Shown here piece by piece: positions 51,656 to 61,737 of a DNA stretch of 64,000 nucleotides; within the stretch, counting starts at the first letter, position 1; each line of letters opens with the position of its first letter. The position numbers and the translations under genes were made by a program. The notes below the pieces were generated by a model. It saw only the letters and a list, made by a program, of their open reading frames with translations. It made no database searches and had not been told where the DNA came from. The DNA is taken from the NCBI GenBank assembly GCA_964035545.1, contig OZ037766.1, forward strand, positions 10,592,722-10,656,721, read 5' to 3'. Source of the stretch: Bugula neritina (taxonomy: Eukaryota; Animalia; Bryozoa).

Positions 51656-54600
51656 TTACTCAGCATTGTCTTCTTTAGCAGGTGCTTCCTCTTTTTCTGG
51701 TGCAGCTGGTTCTGCTGGTGCAGCTGGTTCTGCTGGTGGAGCAGCGTCAGCTGGTGCTGCAGTTTCTGTTGATTCAGAAGTGTCATTAGCAGTAGCAGGG
51801 CCTCCGTCCGCAACTTCAGTTTCGGCAGCAGCTGCCTCTGCAGCTGGTACTTCCGTTGTGTCTTTCGCATCTTCAGCTGACGGTAATGTTTTATCAGCAC
51901 CAGCACTTCCTGCATCATCAGCAGCAGTGGTAGTTTCTGTAGATTCTGGTTGTTCTGTTGAAATGGCTGCAGGCGGCTCCGTCACCTCATCTACTGCAGC
52001 TTTAGCAGATTCTGTCACCTCTTCACTAGCAGGAGCTTCTTCTGATGTGCTTGCAAGCGCTTCTTGTGTGTCTGCAGGCACTTCGGATGTGTCTGCAGGT
52101 GCTTCTTGTGTGTCTGCAGGTGCTTCTGCTGCTGTGGCAGGTGCTTCTGCTGCTGTGGCAGGTGCTTCTGCTGCTGTGGCAGGTGCTTCTGCTGCTGTGG
52201 CAGGTGCTTCTGCTGTGCTAGCAGGTGCTTCTTGCGTGTCTGCAGGAGCTTCTGATGTGTTAACACGTGCTTCTGCTGCTGTGACAGGTGCATCTGATGT
52301 GCTTGCAGCTTGCTCTTCTGGTACTGATACTTCTTCGGAATCTGACTTTTGCCCTGCTGATTTTCGAGCTGCCATGTCTTGTCGTGTTTTAAATCCCTTA
52401 AACCCTGCTTGTATTTTAATGGCTGCAGCTTCGACATCGGGATCTGCCAAGTCAATGTCTACTTCCTCACTTTTAGGAGTTGCTGGTTTTTCATCTGCTG
52501 CTGTCTCTGTGGTTGCTGATGGATCTGTTGATGTTGTGTCAGTTATTTCTTGTTTTGTAGCCTCTGAGCCTGCTATTGAAGATTTTGCTGAGCCCTGTAA
52601 AAAAGTGTGCAAATAAACATATATTTCAAAAAATTAGTTAGGTTTTTAGGTCTAATAACCCATCAAAATAGTAGTGGCAGGTTAAATATTGTCACACTCT
52701 GTACATTTATACTGATACACCAATCAAGCTGTTAAGTGTTATCCATACTGTTAGTATTGACTAGCAAATAATTCTGTCAACAAAGTTAAAGCACAACAAA
52801 TCATTCAAGTTGGTGAAGAGGTATTGTATACACCTGTAAAACAGAAAAAGAACATTTCCAAATACAATACTGTGCTAGTAATATAATGTAGACATATATT
52901 ACAAGGATTTGCAATTTACTTTTACTATACAACAAGCTGGAAATAGTTTTCAGGTGTAATAAGCGATCAATCAATTCTTACTACATTGTAGATTATATAC
53001 ATGACAAATTTAGCAAATCAAATTTGTTGGGCTATTTTGAAATGGTAACATTAAAAAGCTGAGCACAAAAACAATTTGCAGGAAATGAAATTTTTATAGA
53101 AATAAAAATAAATTTTCACGAGCAATGCCAAGCATTGCCAAATACAAGACTTGACAATGTTACTGCCACATGTGGACAACAATTATATATATACTTGTTA
53201 CTTTCTTTAGTGATCCCCCTGAAATACAATATACCAGCATATAACCTGACATAATTGGTTCATAACTCAAGCTTTTTTAGGGCTTGCCTCCCTCATCAGC
53301 ATAGCAAAAAGGGCCATGGCCAACACCTTTGCTAAGATATATCTGAAGGTGTGCTAATTCAATACAGAATGTTAAAGACACTTCAGTAAAGATACAGTCC
53401 TAGGTCTGTTTGAAAGCGTTTGATGGTAAAAGAATACATAAAATAATATACTAAGACAGCTGAGCCACTAATAAAAAATGCAGACATGTAAAATTGATAG
53501 AGCGTGACATTTTATAAAAGAATATTGCTGAAATCTTACATAGCATATTCTATACATTTTATTTGCCTACATTAATATTATTATATTGTGTTGATATATA
53601 CATGTTAATAGAAACCGAAATTCTGTGAAACAATCAGAAAATATAAAGTGCATAAATTGTTCTAGTTGCTAGTTAGAGGCAGCATGCATGTATGCTTTTA
53701 TTTTTACTCTAATTAAAATGCTGTCAGAGTGGAAATTTATATGGATTTGTAGCTGTACATTTAAGGTAACCGCAGAGCTAATTTCAAAGTTAGTTCTTAA
53801 ATGAAGTTTAGAAATAAATAAAATGTAAATTACCAGTTATAAATATTAACATTAACATCTAGTACTTTTTTATTTAGTTTCAATATGGGAGAAAACTGCT
53901 GAAACTAATTTTGATAAAAATGATAGGAGCCAACTTTATTTTTATGGTCTTATAAAAGCAAACATGGCAGAAAAGTATAGGGTGCGAGACAGCATTCACA
54001 GCTACAAAACCTTTTTTGTTTTTAGCTCTCGTCGAGTTTTCATTCCTTTAAACCCAGCTTGTATTTTTAAGGCTGCAGTTTCAACCTCAGGGTCATTGAG
54101 ATCTATATCAACTTCTTCTACTGAAGGTGCAACTGCTTTTGAAGCAATTACTGCTCCTTCATCTTTTACAGATTGTTCCTTAGGTAAAAGAATATTTATT
54201 CTATTGCTCATAATATGTTATGGGAAATTCAAAATAATAAAATTAAACAAAATGTCTACTCATCAATAATTTATTTTCTTATAAGTTATAACATATAGGG
54301 ATATCTTATCTAACCTCTCGCTTTTCTTCTGCCACCGCTGGGTTTGCTTCTGTTTCAACTTCGTTTACTTCATGTAGATCTATCTCTTTTTCTTCACTCA
54401 TCATTTCTTGGAACATTTCTACTTGTTTTGTACTTGAGTCTAGTTCTACTGGTTTTAGTACAACAAATGACTGTGCTTTCATGGTAGATTTCTCTTCTGG
54501 TATGTCTACTATCTCTCGTTGATTTTCTTCCTGTAAATCAAAATCTGCACTGGCTATAGAGAGGGCTATAACAGAAGCTTTTTACAGAATATGCACTGTG

Positions 54601-57600
54601 CCAAAAAAATATTATTGCATCCAATAAAGAATAGAAATTAAAAGAAAAGGCAGAAACTCAAAGCAAACGAAGATTTGCATACTCAAAGAAGTTAGAGAGA
54701 TGCATATTATAAAAATTAAGTTAAAAAATAAGATAATTGAAAAACGTGAATAAAAAATCTGTTTTTGCATTTTCTATCAGACCTTCATTTTTCGAACACG
54801 CTGTCTAGCTTGCATCCCTTTAAACCCAGCTTGTATCTTTGTCGCCGCTTTTTCCGATTCTATTTCACTAACGCTTGTATAAAATCCTACTCTAGAATGT
54901 TCCTCTGCTCTAGATAGAGATTCTTTTGTGTCATTCAAAAGAGGGTCTTGTTTTGACGTCTGATTTTAGAATTTTAGAAAAGCAAACAAAACAGAAGCAG
55001 TTGATATGTTAGTGCTCAGCTAGCTCAGTGAGGGTCACAAAACCATTCTAATCAGAAATGGCTCAATGTATTTTTATTGGCATAAAAGTGACTGTGATTT
55101 TAAGTATATTCAAATTCTAATGTTTTATGGCCATCTGTAGTATAAAATCAGCTCATGCATGTGGGGGCAAATTTCAATTTTTTATTATGTCAGTATATTT
55201 GGTATAGATACATAATGCAATCAATGCAAATTTGGAAACAATTATGAAGTAATGTGGAAAAATACACTGCGCCATTGCATTATTGAGGGGACTAAGCTAT
55301 TGAACAAATATTTGATGTGCAGCACTAGCATGAACAGTAGGTGCTCTCACACTCACACTACTATAACACAAGGGGGTAAAGCCACGCCTTCAAAGTTATC
55401 AATTAGAGCTTAATTAAGTACAATACTGTTAATTTGGCATTGTGCTAAATGCCTTACAAAAATAACTAATACAGTTTTACATCTTTTTCTTAAACAAGAA
55501 GCATGTAGTTTAGAATTAGTTGATGAAAAAACATAGTGTTTTGTTTGTGGCAACCAAAGATCAAATACAAATTTTGAAACACCTTGACTATGCATAAAAA
55601 TAAATTTGAATAATAGCACTACACAGCGTCTTTAGATTTCATTAGATTAGAATTAAAAGAAGTTGAAAACAATAAAACACAATAAATATATCTCACAAAT
55701 AATGTATTGTGTTTTATGATTTTTATAGTTTTTTGGTTCAAATTGTTGCATATTCTAAAGTAAGACCAGTGCTTTAACTTTTAAATAAAGTGTTTAAATA
55801 ATTGAATAAGGTGTTTAAATAAACATAAGCTTATTGCTTTCATTTCAGCTTATTGGGAAATCTTACCAATTGCTTTCGAGTTTGATAACCCTTAAAACTA
55901 GCTTGGATTTTTAGTGCTGCTGCTTCTACATCGGCATCATTCAAATCAATGTCAATCTCCTCTTTTTCTGCTCCTGACTGTTGATTGGCTGGAAGCTCTG
56001 AGCTACACAAGAGAAATATTAGTCATAGAGTTTACATTCAGCTGCCGTATTGTCTAGCTCTGCAGCTGTTTTACTTGCCTTGCTGTGGGTTTATAGTCAC
56101 CATCTCTGTGAGAACCCCTAAGGCCTAAAGGGTTTTTTTAAGCAAGCTAAGGACTTTTTCACAAACATTGAAAGGAGGCAATTGTGACTGAATGTCCTTT
56201 CTAGCATCTTTGTTGAGACTCGAATCGCATGACCTCGTGTTTACTAAGCCAACGCTCTAACTCTTAGACCACAGCTACATGCTTACTGTATTACATATTA
56301 TGGATGATAAATTCTAGTACATGGCTATTGCAAATCCCAACAACTATCATTTATCAACTTTATACAGTTGCAGAAAATTTAAATGCTTATCTTTGTTTAT
56401 AACTTGCTAAGGTAAGTAAATTATATTTCCCTGCAGGTTACTCTGCTGTATAATACTTTTTTTCTATATATGAGTATTTTTCCAAGATTTGACTTTTAAA
56501 AATCTATAATATCAACTTCTAAACTCACCTGTCTTCAGCAGAAGGGCTTTCCTTTCGACCTTCGTGACCTCTGAAACCTGCTTGTATTTTTGTGGCTGCT
56601 TTTTCTTCTCTTATGACTTCGACCTCCTGTTTGGCAGCATGCTGACGGAATTTTGTCTGTATTGCCAGAGCAGCATCTTGTTGTGTTGGATCACTGGGGT
56701 CAATCTCTGGTTGCTGACCGATATTATAACATAATATAAACATATGTTGACAGATGTTATATCATAATATAAGCAGATGTTGACAGATATTATAACATAA
56801 TATAAGCAGATGTTGACAGATATTATAACATAATATAAGCAGATGTTGACAAATATTATAACATAACATAAGCACATGTTGACAGATATTATAACATAAC
56901 ATAAGCACATGTTGACAGATATTATAACATAATATAAGCAGATGTTGACAGATATTATAACATAATATAAGCAGATGTTGACAGATATTATAACATAATA
57001 TAAGCATATATTGACAGATATTATAACATAATATAAGCATATGTTGACAGATGTTATAACATAATATAAGCACATGTTGACAGATATTATAACATAACAT
57101 AAGCATATGTTGACAGATATTATAACATAATATAAGCAGATGTTGACAGATATTATAACATAATATAAGCATATGTTGACAGATGTTATAACATAATATA
57201 AGCATATGTTGACAGATATTATAACATAATATAAGCATATATTGACAGATATTATAACATAATATAAGCATATATTGACAGATATTATAACATAATATAA
57301 GATAGTGTCTTGAACATATTTTACAAGATAAGCTAAAAAGTCTTTACTCCAAACTTCAACACTTACGGAGAATGCTTTATTGTTGTAAAATCGATCTTCC
57401 ATTTTGGCGCCATGCTCTGCTGGATCTATCCCAGATTCTAATAATTGATAGGATAGATATAATGTGTGCTGTCTTTGATAATATAATACTTTATATGCTT
57501 GATGTGAGGCTAACTATGACAATTCCTACTTAGTTTAAACTAAAATTCACAAGTATGTATAAATTGTTGTGTCAAACTATTTAGAAATTATTTTATACAA

Positions 57601-57875
57601 GACTTAGCTAAATGTACGTGGTAAGTGAAAACATTACCTATGTATTATCACTGCTTTTGAATATGATAAGTTCATAGCCTATAAGTTATGTGCAATTGAA
57701 AAATTAATAATCAACACATACCTTCTCTCTGTTTAATAAGGTTTTCAAAGTACTCAGCACCAAAAGCATACAATTCTTCTGGTTGGCTTCGCAGTACTTC
57801 TCTAGCCAGACCTTCTAGCAAGTTCTGGAAACCTCGTGGCACACGCAACTTTGTGTTGGAGAAGGGGACTGCCAT
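51656..57875 (-). CDS. SPA17: Sperm surface protein Sp17-like protein: RIIa dimerisation/docking domain, ~6 IQ motifs and an Ala/Glu/Pro/Thr-rich tail; exons 57875-57722, 57437-57367, 56713-56529, 56002-55867, 54959-54783, 54530-54315, 54178-54011, 52594-51656
   Basis: MAVPFSNTKLRVPRGFQNLLEGLAREVLRSQPEELYAFGAEYFENL and DPAEHGAKMEDRFYNNKAF closely resemble the SPA17 N-terminus; repeated (EE)IDIDL.DPDVE.AA.KIQAGFKG...R IQ modules follow. Inclusion of every internal exon is inferred. Confidence 0.88.
52060..52260 (-). repeat. Coding 21-bp tandem repeat (AEAPATA / QEAPADT heptads)
   Basis: GCAGGTGCTTCTGCTGCTGTG and variants repeated ~9 times within the last exon. Confidence 0.9.
56100..56278 (-). 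mobile_element. tRNA-Thr(AGT)-derived SINE-like element or tRNA pseudogene in an SPA17 intron
   Basis: Minus strand GTAGCTGTGGTCTAAGAGTTAGAGCGTTGGCTTAGTAAACACGAGGTCATGCGATTCGAGTCTC has A-box-like, TAGTAAAC anticodon-loop-like and degenerate B-box segments, but the stems are broken; an unrelated body follows. Confidence 0.6.
56716..57301 (+). repeat. 33-bp minisatellite, ~17.7 copies, filling ~90% of SPA17 intron 2
   Basis: Unit ACAGATATTATAACATAATATAAGCA(G/C/T)ATGTTG repeated directly. Confidence 0.97.
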
Positions 57876-58727
57876 GTTGATTGTCACAAGTACTGTTACT
57901 ATTAATGGCTGCGACTGGGTGTAGTTTATTAAGCAAGTGCTCTCTCAATCAACAGTATTTGCTTTAGCTGTTGTATTTAGTTGTAGCCCAGTTGCTAAGC
58001 AACAATCACTCCTGTACAAGCCTAGCGTGACTAATCAATAGCAAAGCTAGTTAAACTATATATTATTAGGTTGACAACTCTCCCTGCAGCTATGCATTGA
58101 TGATTAAGAAATTATATTATGTTAGTAAGTATAAACTTCTAGTCTGTCCCATAAAGATAGTTATAATAAGCTGGGATATGGTTTGTAATGACTTACTTTG
58201 TAGCCTCCATATATCGGAAATAGTAGGCTATTTTTCTCTTTTTCTTTCTTTGTTGCTAATTTCAAACAGTCGTTAATTCTTGGCATAGTACCTATACAGT
58301 ATATTGATCTATTATTCTACTATTAAAGATATATATGATATATTGCAAATTTTTAATATAGTGTGTTGAGCACAATATAGCTCCAAATAAACAACAACTG
58401 TCAACCAATATTCAATTACCTCTTGCAACTGAATAAACCACGAAAATACTTTTTACCAAAACGTTATCATAACATGTGCTATATGCAAGAATAATAAAGC
58501 TAGTTTAAAGATATTAAACTGATGGTCACTTATCTATATTATTCAATACATCAGTTTTTATAGTTATAATTGATTATTGATGAGTGGCGGGTTTCAAGAG
58601 GTGCAGCATCTTGTATCAGCAGTTCTTAATCATCCCACAATTTAATGTCATTATTGCAGCAAAAATCAAGTATCAACCTAAATTATATTTTATCTTTATG
58701 TTTGTAGTTGATTAGCTAATATGTTGT

Positions 58728-58840
58728 AGCTTATAATACTGTATATGTAGTATACAATATTGTACATGTAGTATATAATACTGTATGTTATGTAATTTAT
58801 AATACTATATATGTAGTTAATAAAACTGTAAATGTAGTTT
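58728..58840 (+). repeat. Degenerate ~21-bp tandem repeat, ~5 copies
   Basis: TATAATACTGTATATGTAGTA-like units. Confidence 0.65.
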
Positions 58841-59661
58841 TGCTGGTAGACAAGTATAATTCATATGTATTATCAGTTGACATGTTTGTCATCCTTGCAA
58901 AGAAACACTTTATTGAGCATCAGTCAAGATTTGAAGCAAGTTAATTATTTGCATCATAATTTGCTATAAAATATACAAGTCATCTATATATGAAATGCTA
59001 CTAGCCTACAGTGTTGTCATGTACGCATCATAGTACCACATAATTATACAGTTATAAAATTGTATTATTTAAATATGCTTTATATGGATGCTTAATGCAT
59101 CTCAGTTTAATTAGTTTCATAGAGTCACAGCTATAAACTATCAAACTTATTGTCGTTTTGCTTACATGTTTTGATTGATATGAGAATAATATTTTATAGT
59201 CAAGCTTTGCCTCATAATACAATAAGTTAGTTTGTATTTAAAACAATCCTTTGACAACAAAGTAGATGTCTGAAGTTATTGAAAAGCAGTTGCAAGCAAC
59301 TACACCAGACTTTTCTATTAAACTCTATGCTACTTCAAGGCATCTATTGATTTTAGATTCATATTTGCATGCAACTTCACTGTTATCATGCAAAATAATA
59401 GATAACAGGTTTGACTGATTGCAATCTTCTACCAGTCTAGTTTCTATTTTATTATTTAGATAATTGGTTACTATGTCAAAACTTATTGTATAATTAAGTT
59501 GATCGCTTAAAGCAATAAACATGTAGAGATGGTGATAATCGGAGACATTAAATGTTCAAGAAAGCACAAATGTATAAAATTAAAAAATCTTTCATCAATG
59601 TCATGTCATTGCAGAAAATAAAATAAATTATTATGTTGTAAACATATCTATGTAAATGATA

Positions 59662-61737
59662 CTATGTATGCAACAAAATATTAGGTAAGGCACCTCGTCT
59701 CATTTGTTTTCTACCTCCTAGTACCAAAGAGTAATATTTAAGATTTAGGTACCATGTTTCACTAGAGCTAGCAGGTCTGAGAATGACTGGTTCTTTACAG
59801 CCTTCTTGCACTTCAAACACATCATAGAATTCTGTGTTTCGAGATACAAGACAGTTGGAGAGATAGCACGGCTCTCCTAGAATCTGCAGCCTAGAACTAC
59901 CCTTTTTAATCAGAAGTAGCACTGCACTAGTGACATTAGTAGGTTTAGGAAAGAGGAGGCGCCACTTAGTTAAAGGTTGTGGGTGATTGTCTCTGCCTTT
60001 AGTCACAACAACTGCATAAGCAGTGTTATAGCGAGACGTTTTTAGCTTTTCGGCCCACTGACTTTCTCCTGGCTGTAGGTACCCAATTTTACCAGATTTA
60101 ATGAAATGTATCTCATCATGTCTCCAATTCAAAGTGTCTAAAACGAGTTTGGTTAGCGCAATTTCGAAAGACGTACGATTCTTTGATTTGCTATCTTTGG
60201 TGTTGGAGGACATCGATGTCAGAACCTTGGACTGAGAGTTTATGTGATGTAGAATGTTTGTGATTTTGTCATTGGCTTTAGCGATGTCATTACGGTCAGC
60301 GTGTGAATGGTGTGTGGATTTATGAAGCCTTTTTAAGAGTAAAGGATATTTCATTATTCTCTGAACTGGAATCATTAAAAAGGTTTTTAGGTCAATACGT
60401 CGCAGAGCTGCATTGTCTTTGAGCGAAGCTTGTAAAAATAAATTGAAAAGTAAATTCTCTTTTCTCAGCTGCTCTATCAAAGTGATGGCGTTGTTGTAGT
60501 GTAGGCAATACGTTTCAAATGCTAAAAACATGGCTGATGATTCGCAGATCAATCTGCCAATTTTAACTTCATTGTAATGTTGATCACCATCTTCACTTAC
60601 TAGCTTTATGTGGTTTTCAAGCTGACTGATGAACTTTTTGCTTACATCTATTAGCTTGCCAACATTTCCAAAAATTGTGTGAACTTCTTGTACACTCAGC
60701 AAGCCATTGCTTAGCAGAGCATCATTAAAATGGTGCTTAATTAGTTTCAAATCATGACAATAGCTGAGTTCACTATCTAGTATCTCTTTTATAGTTGCCT
60801 GGCGTTCTGTTCGATTTGATAGGCATTTCGCACACAGGTTAGCTGCTGAATCATTGGAAGAACAAGATCGAGCACTTGTGGGATGGCATACATTGCAGCT
60901 TCTACCATCAACTTCGTCAAAGCCAGCTATACTTTCTCCATCTTTTTGACTATCTGAGTCAATCAAAAACTGAGAGAATAACTTTTGACTGTCTGAGTCA
61001 CTTTGTTTGGATGAGTTGAGATCAATTTCCAAATCAAAGTCAAAGTCTTCATCAGATAAATATACGATGTCTCCTTTGAAGGACCTGTTACTTTTTGTGC
61101 TAGCAGTTGATTCCAAACTCCGACTTGAAATGCTACTATCTCTGCGTGATAGTCCGGCTAAACATAAATCTGATTCACCTCGAGCAGTGCCATCTGCAAG
61201 ATGGAAATCAAATTCTTCAGATGTAGCAGAGGCTGTTCTAGAAAGGTACCGCCTGCCTTTAGACGTTCGTACACTACCCAAGTCATGTGGGTTTGAATGT
61301 CTTCGAAAACTTCGATCAGTTTTCTTGTCACTTGAATTCTTTTTTAAAACTTCATCAACTGTGATTCGAAGTTTATTGTTAAGTGTTGTTGTTGGTAAAA
61401 GCAAAGCATTGTTTAAATCGTCATCATCAAAAATATCATCTTCTGAATTGCTGGTTTCTGTCAGCTTTTTCAACTTATTCTCAAAGTCCTTTGCTAGTGG
61501 CAGGTCGACATCTTTTCTTTCTTTTTGAATATGAGCATCACTATGAAGAGGAACATACTCATCTCCTAGATATCTCTGAAGCAAAGTTGGTATATCAGTT
61601 TCACAGGAAGAGGGTTGTAGCAGCTCTCTAGGTGAACTTATTGGTTGGTATTTCCTTCTGTATTCTTCCAGGTAGCTGTTTGCTGGCATGGCTTGTTTAT
61701 GTGTCACATTTAAACTTCTTTCAATATCTCTCAGCAT
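59662..61737 (-). CDS. Dbl-family Rho guanine nucleotide exchange factor (DH + divergent PH-like domain), single coding exon
   Basis: 691-aa ORF: ERQATIKEILDSELSYCHDL (DH CR1), IFGNV..L, FETYCLHY, LKTFLMIPVQRIMKYPLLLKRL (CR3), ILHHIN; preceded by CNVC-x18-CAKC and a long Ser/Asp-rich N-terminus. Confidence 0.9.
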   Translation of the reverse strand: MLRDIERSLNVTHKQAMPANSYLEEYRRKYQPISSPRELLQPSSCETDIPTLLQRYLGDEYVPLHSDAHIQKERKDVDLPLAKDFENKLKKLTETSNSEDDIFDDDDLNNALLLPTTTLNNKLRITVDEVLKKNSSDKKTDRSFRRHSNPHDLGSVRTSKGRRYLSRTASATSEEFDFHLADGTARGESDLCLAGLSRRDSSISSRSLESTASTKSNRSFKGDIVYLSDEDFDFDLEIDLNSSKQSDSDSQKLFSQFLIDSDSQKDGESIAGFDEVDGRSCNVCHPTSARSCSSNDSAANLCAKCLSNRTERQATIKEILDSELSYCHDLKLIKHHFNDALLSNGLLSVQEVHTIFGNVGKLIDVSKKFISQLENHIKLVSEDGDQHYNEVKIGRLICESSAMFLAFETYCLHYNNAITLIEQLRKENLLFNLFLQASLKDNAALRRIDLKTFLMIPVQRIMKYPLLLKRLHKSTHHSHADRNDIAKANDKITNILHHINSQSKVLTSMSSNTKDSKSKNRTSFEIALTKLVLDTLNWRHDEIHFIKSGKIGYLQPGESQWAEKLKTSRYNTAYAVVVTKGRDNHPQPLTKWRLLFPKPTNVTSAVLLLIKKGSSRLQILGEPCYLSNCLVSRNTEFYDVFEVQEGCKEPVILRPASSSETWYLNLKYYSLVLGGRKQMRRGALPNILLHT

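Noticed and set aside
51559-52616. 316-aa plus-strand Ala/Ser ORF and Gln-rich alternative-frame ORFs
   Set aside because: Antisense and shifted-frame shadows of the low-complexity SPA17 last exon.
56205-56278. Functional tRNA-Thr gene
   Set aside because: Acceptor and anticodon stems do not pair and the B box is degenerate; treated as SINE head or pseudogene.
56611-57402. 263-aa and 169-aa repetitive hydrophobic ORFs (YYVIISVNICL / MLILCYNICQH)
   Set aside because: Translations of the 33-bp intronic minisatellite read through from SPA17 exon 2; the canonical GTAAGT donor at 57366 removes them.
61007-61631. Plus-strand 173-aa and 82-aa ORFs
   Set aside because: Antisense shadows of the RhoGEF CDS with no recognisable motifs.
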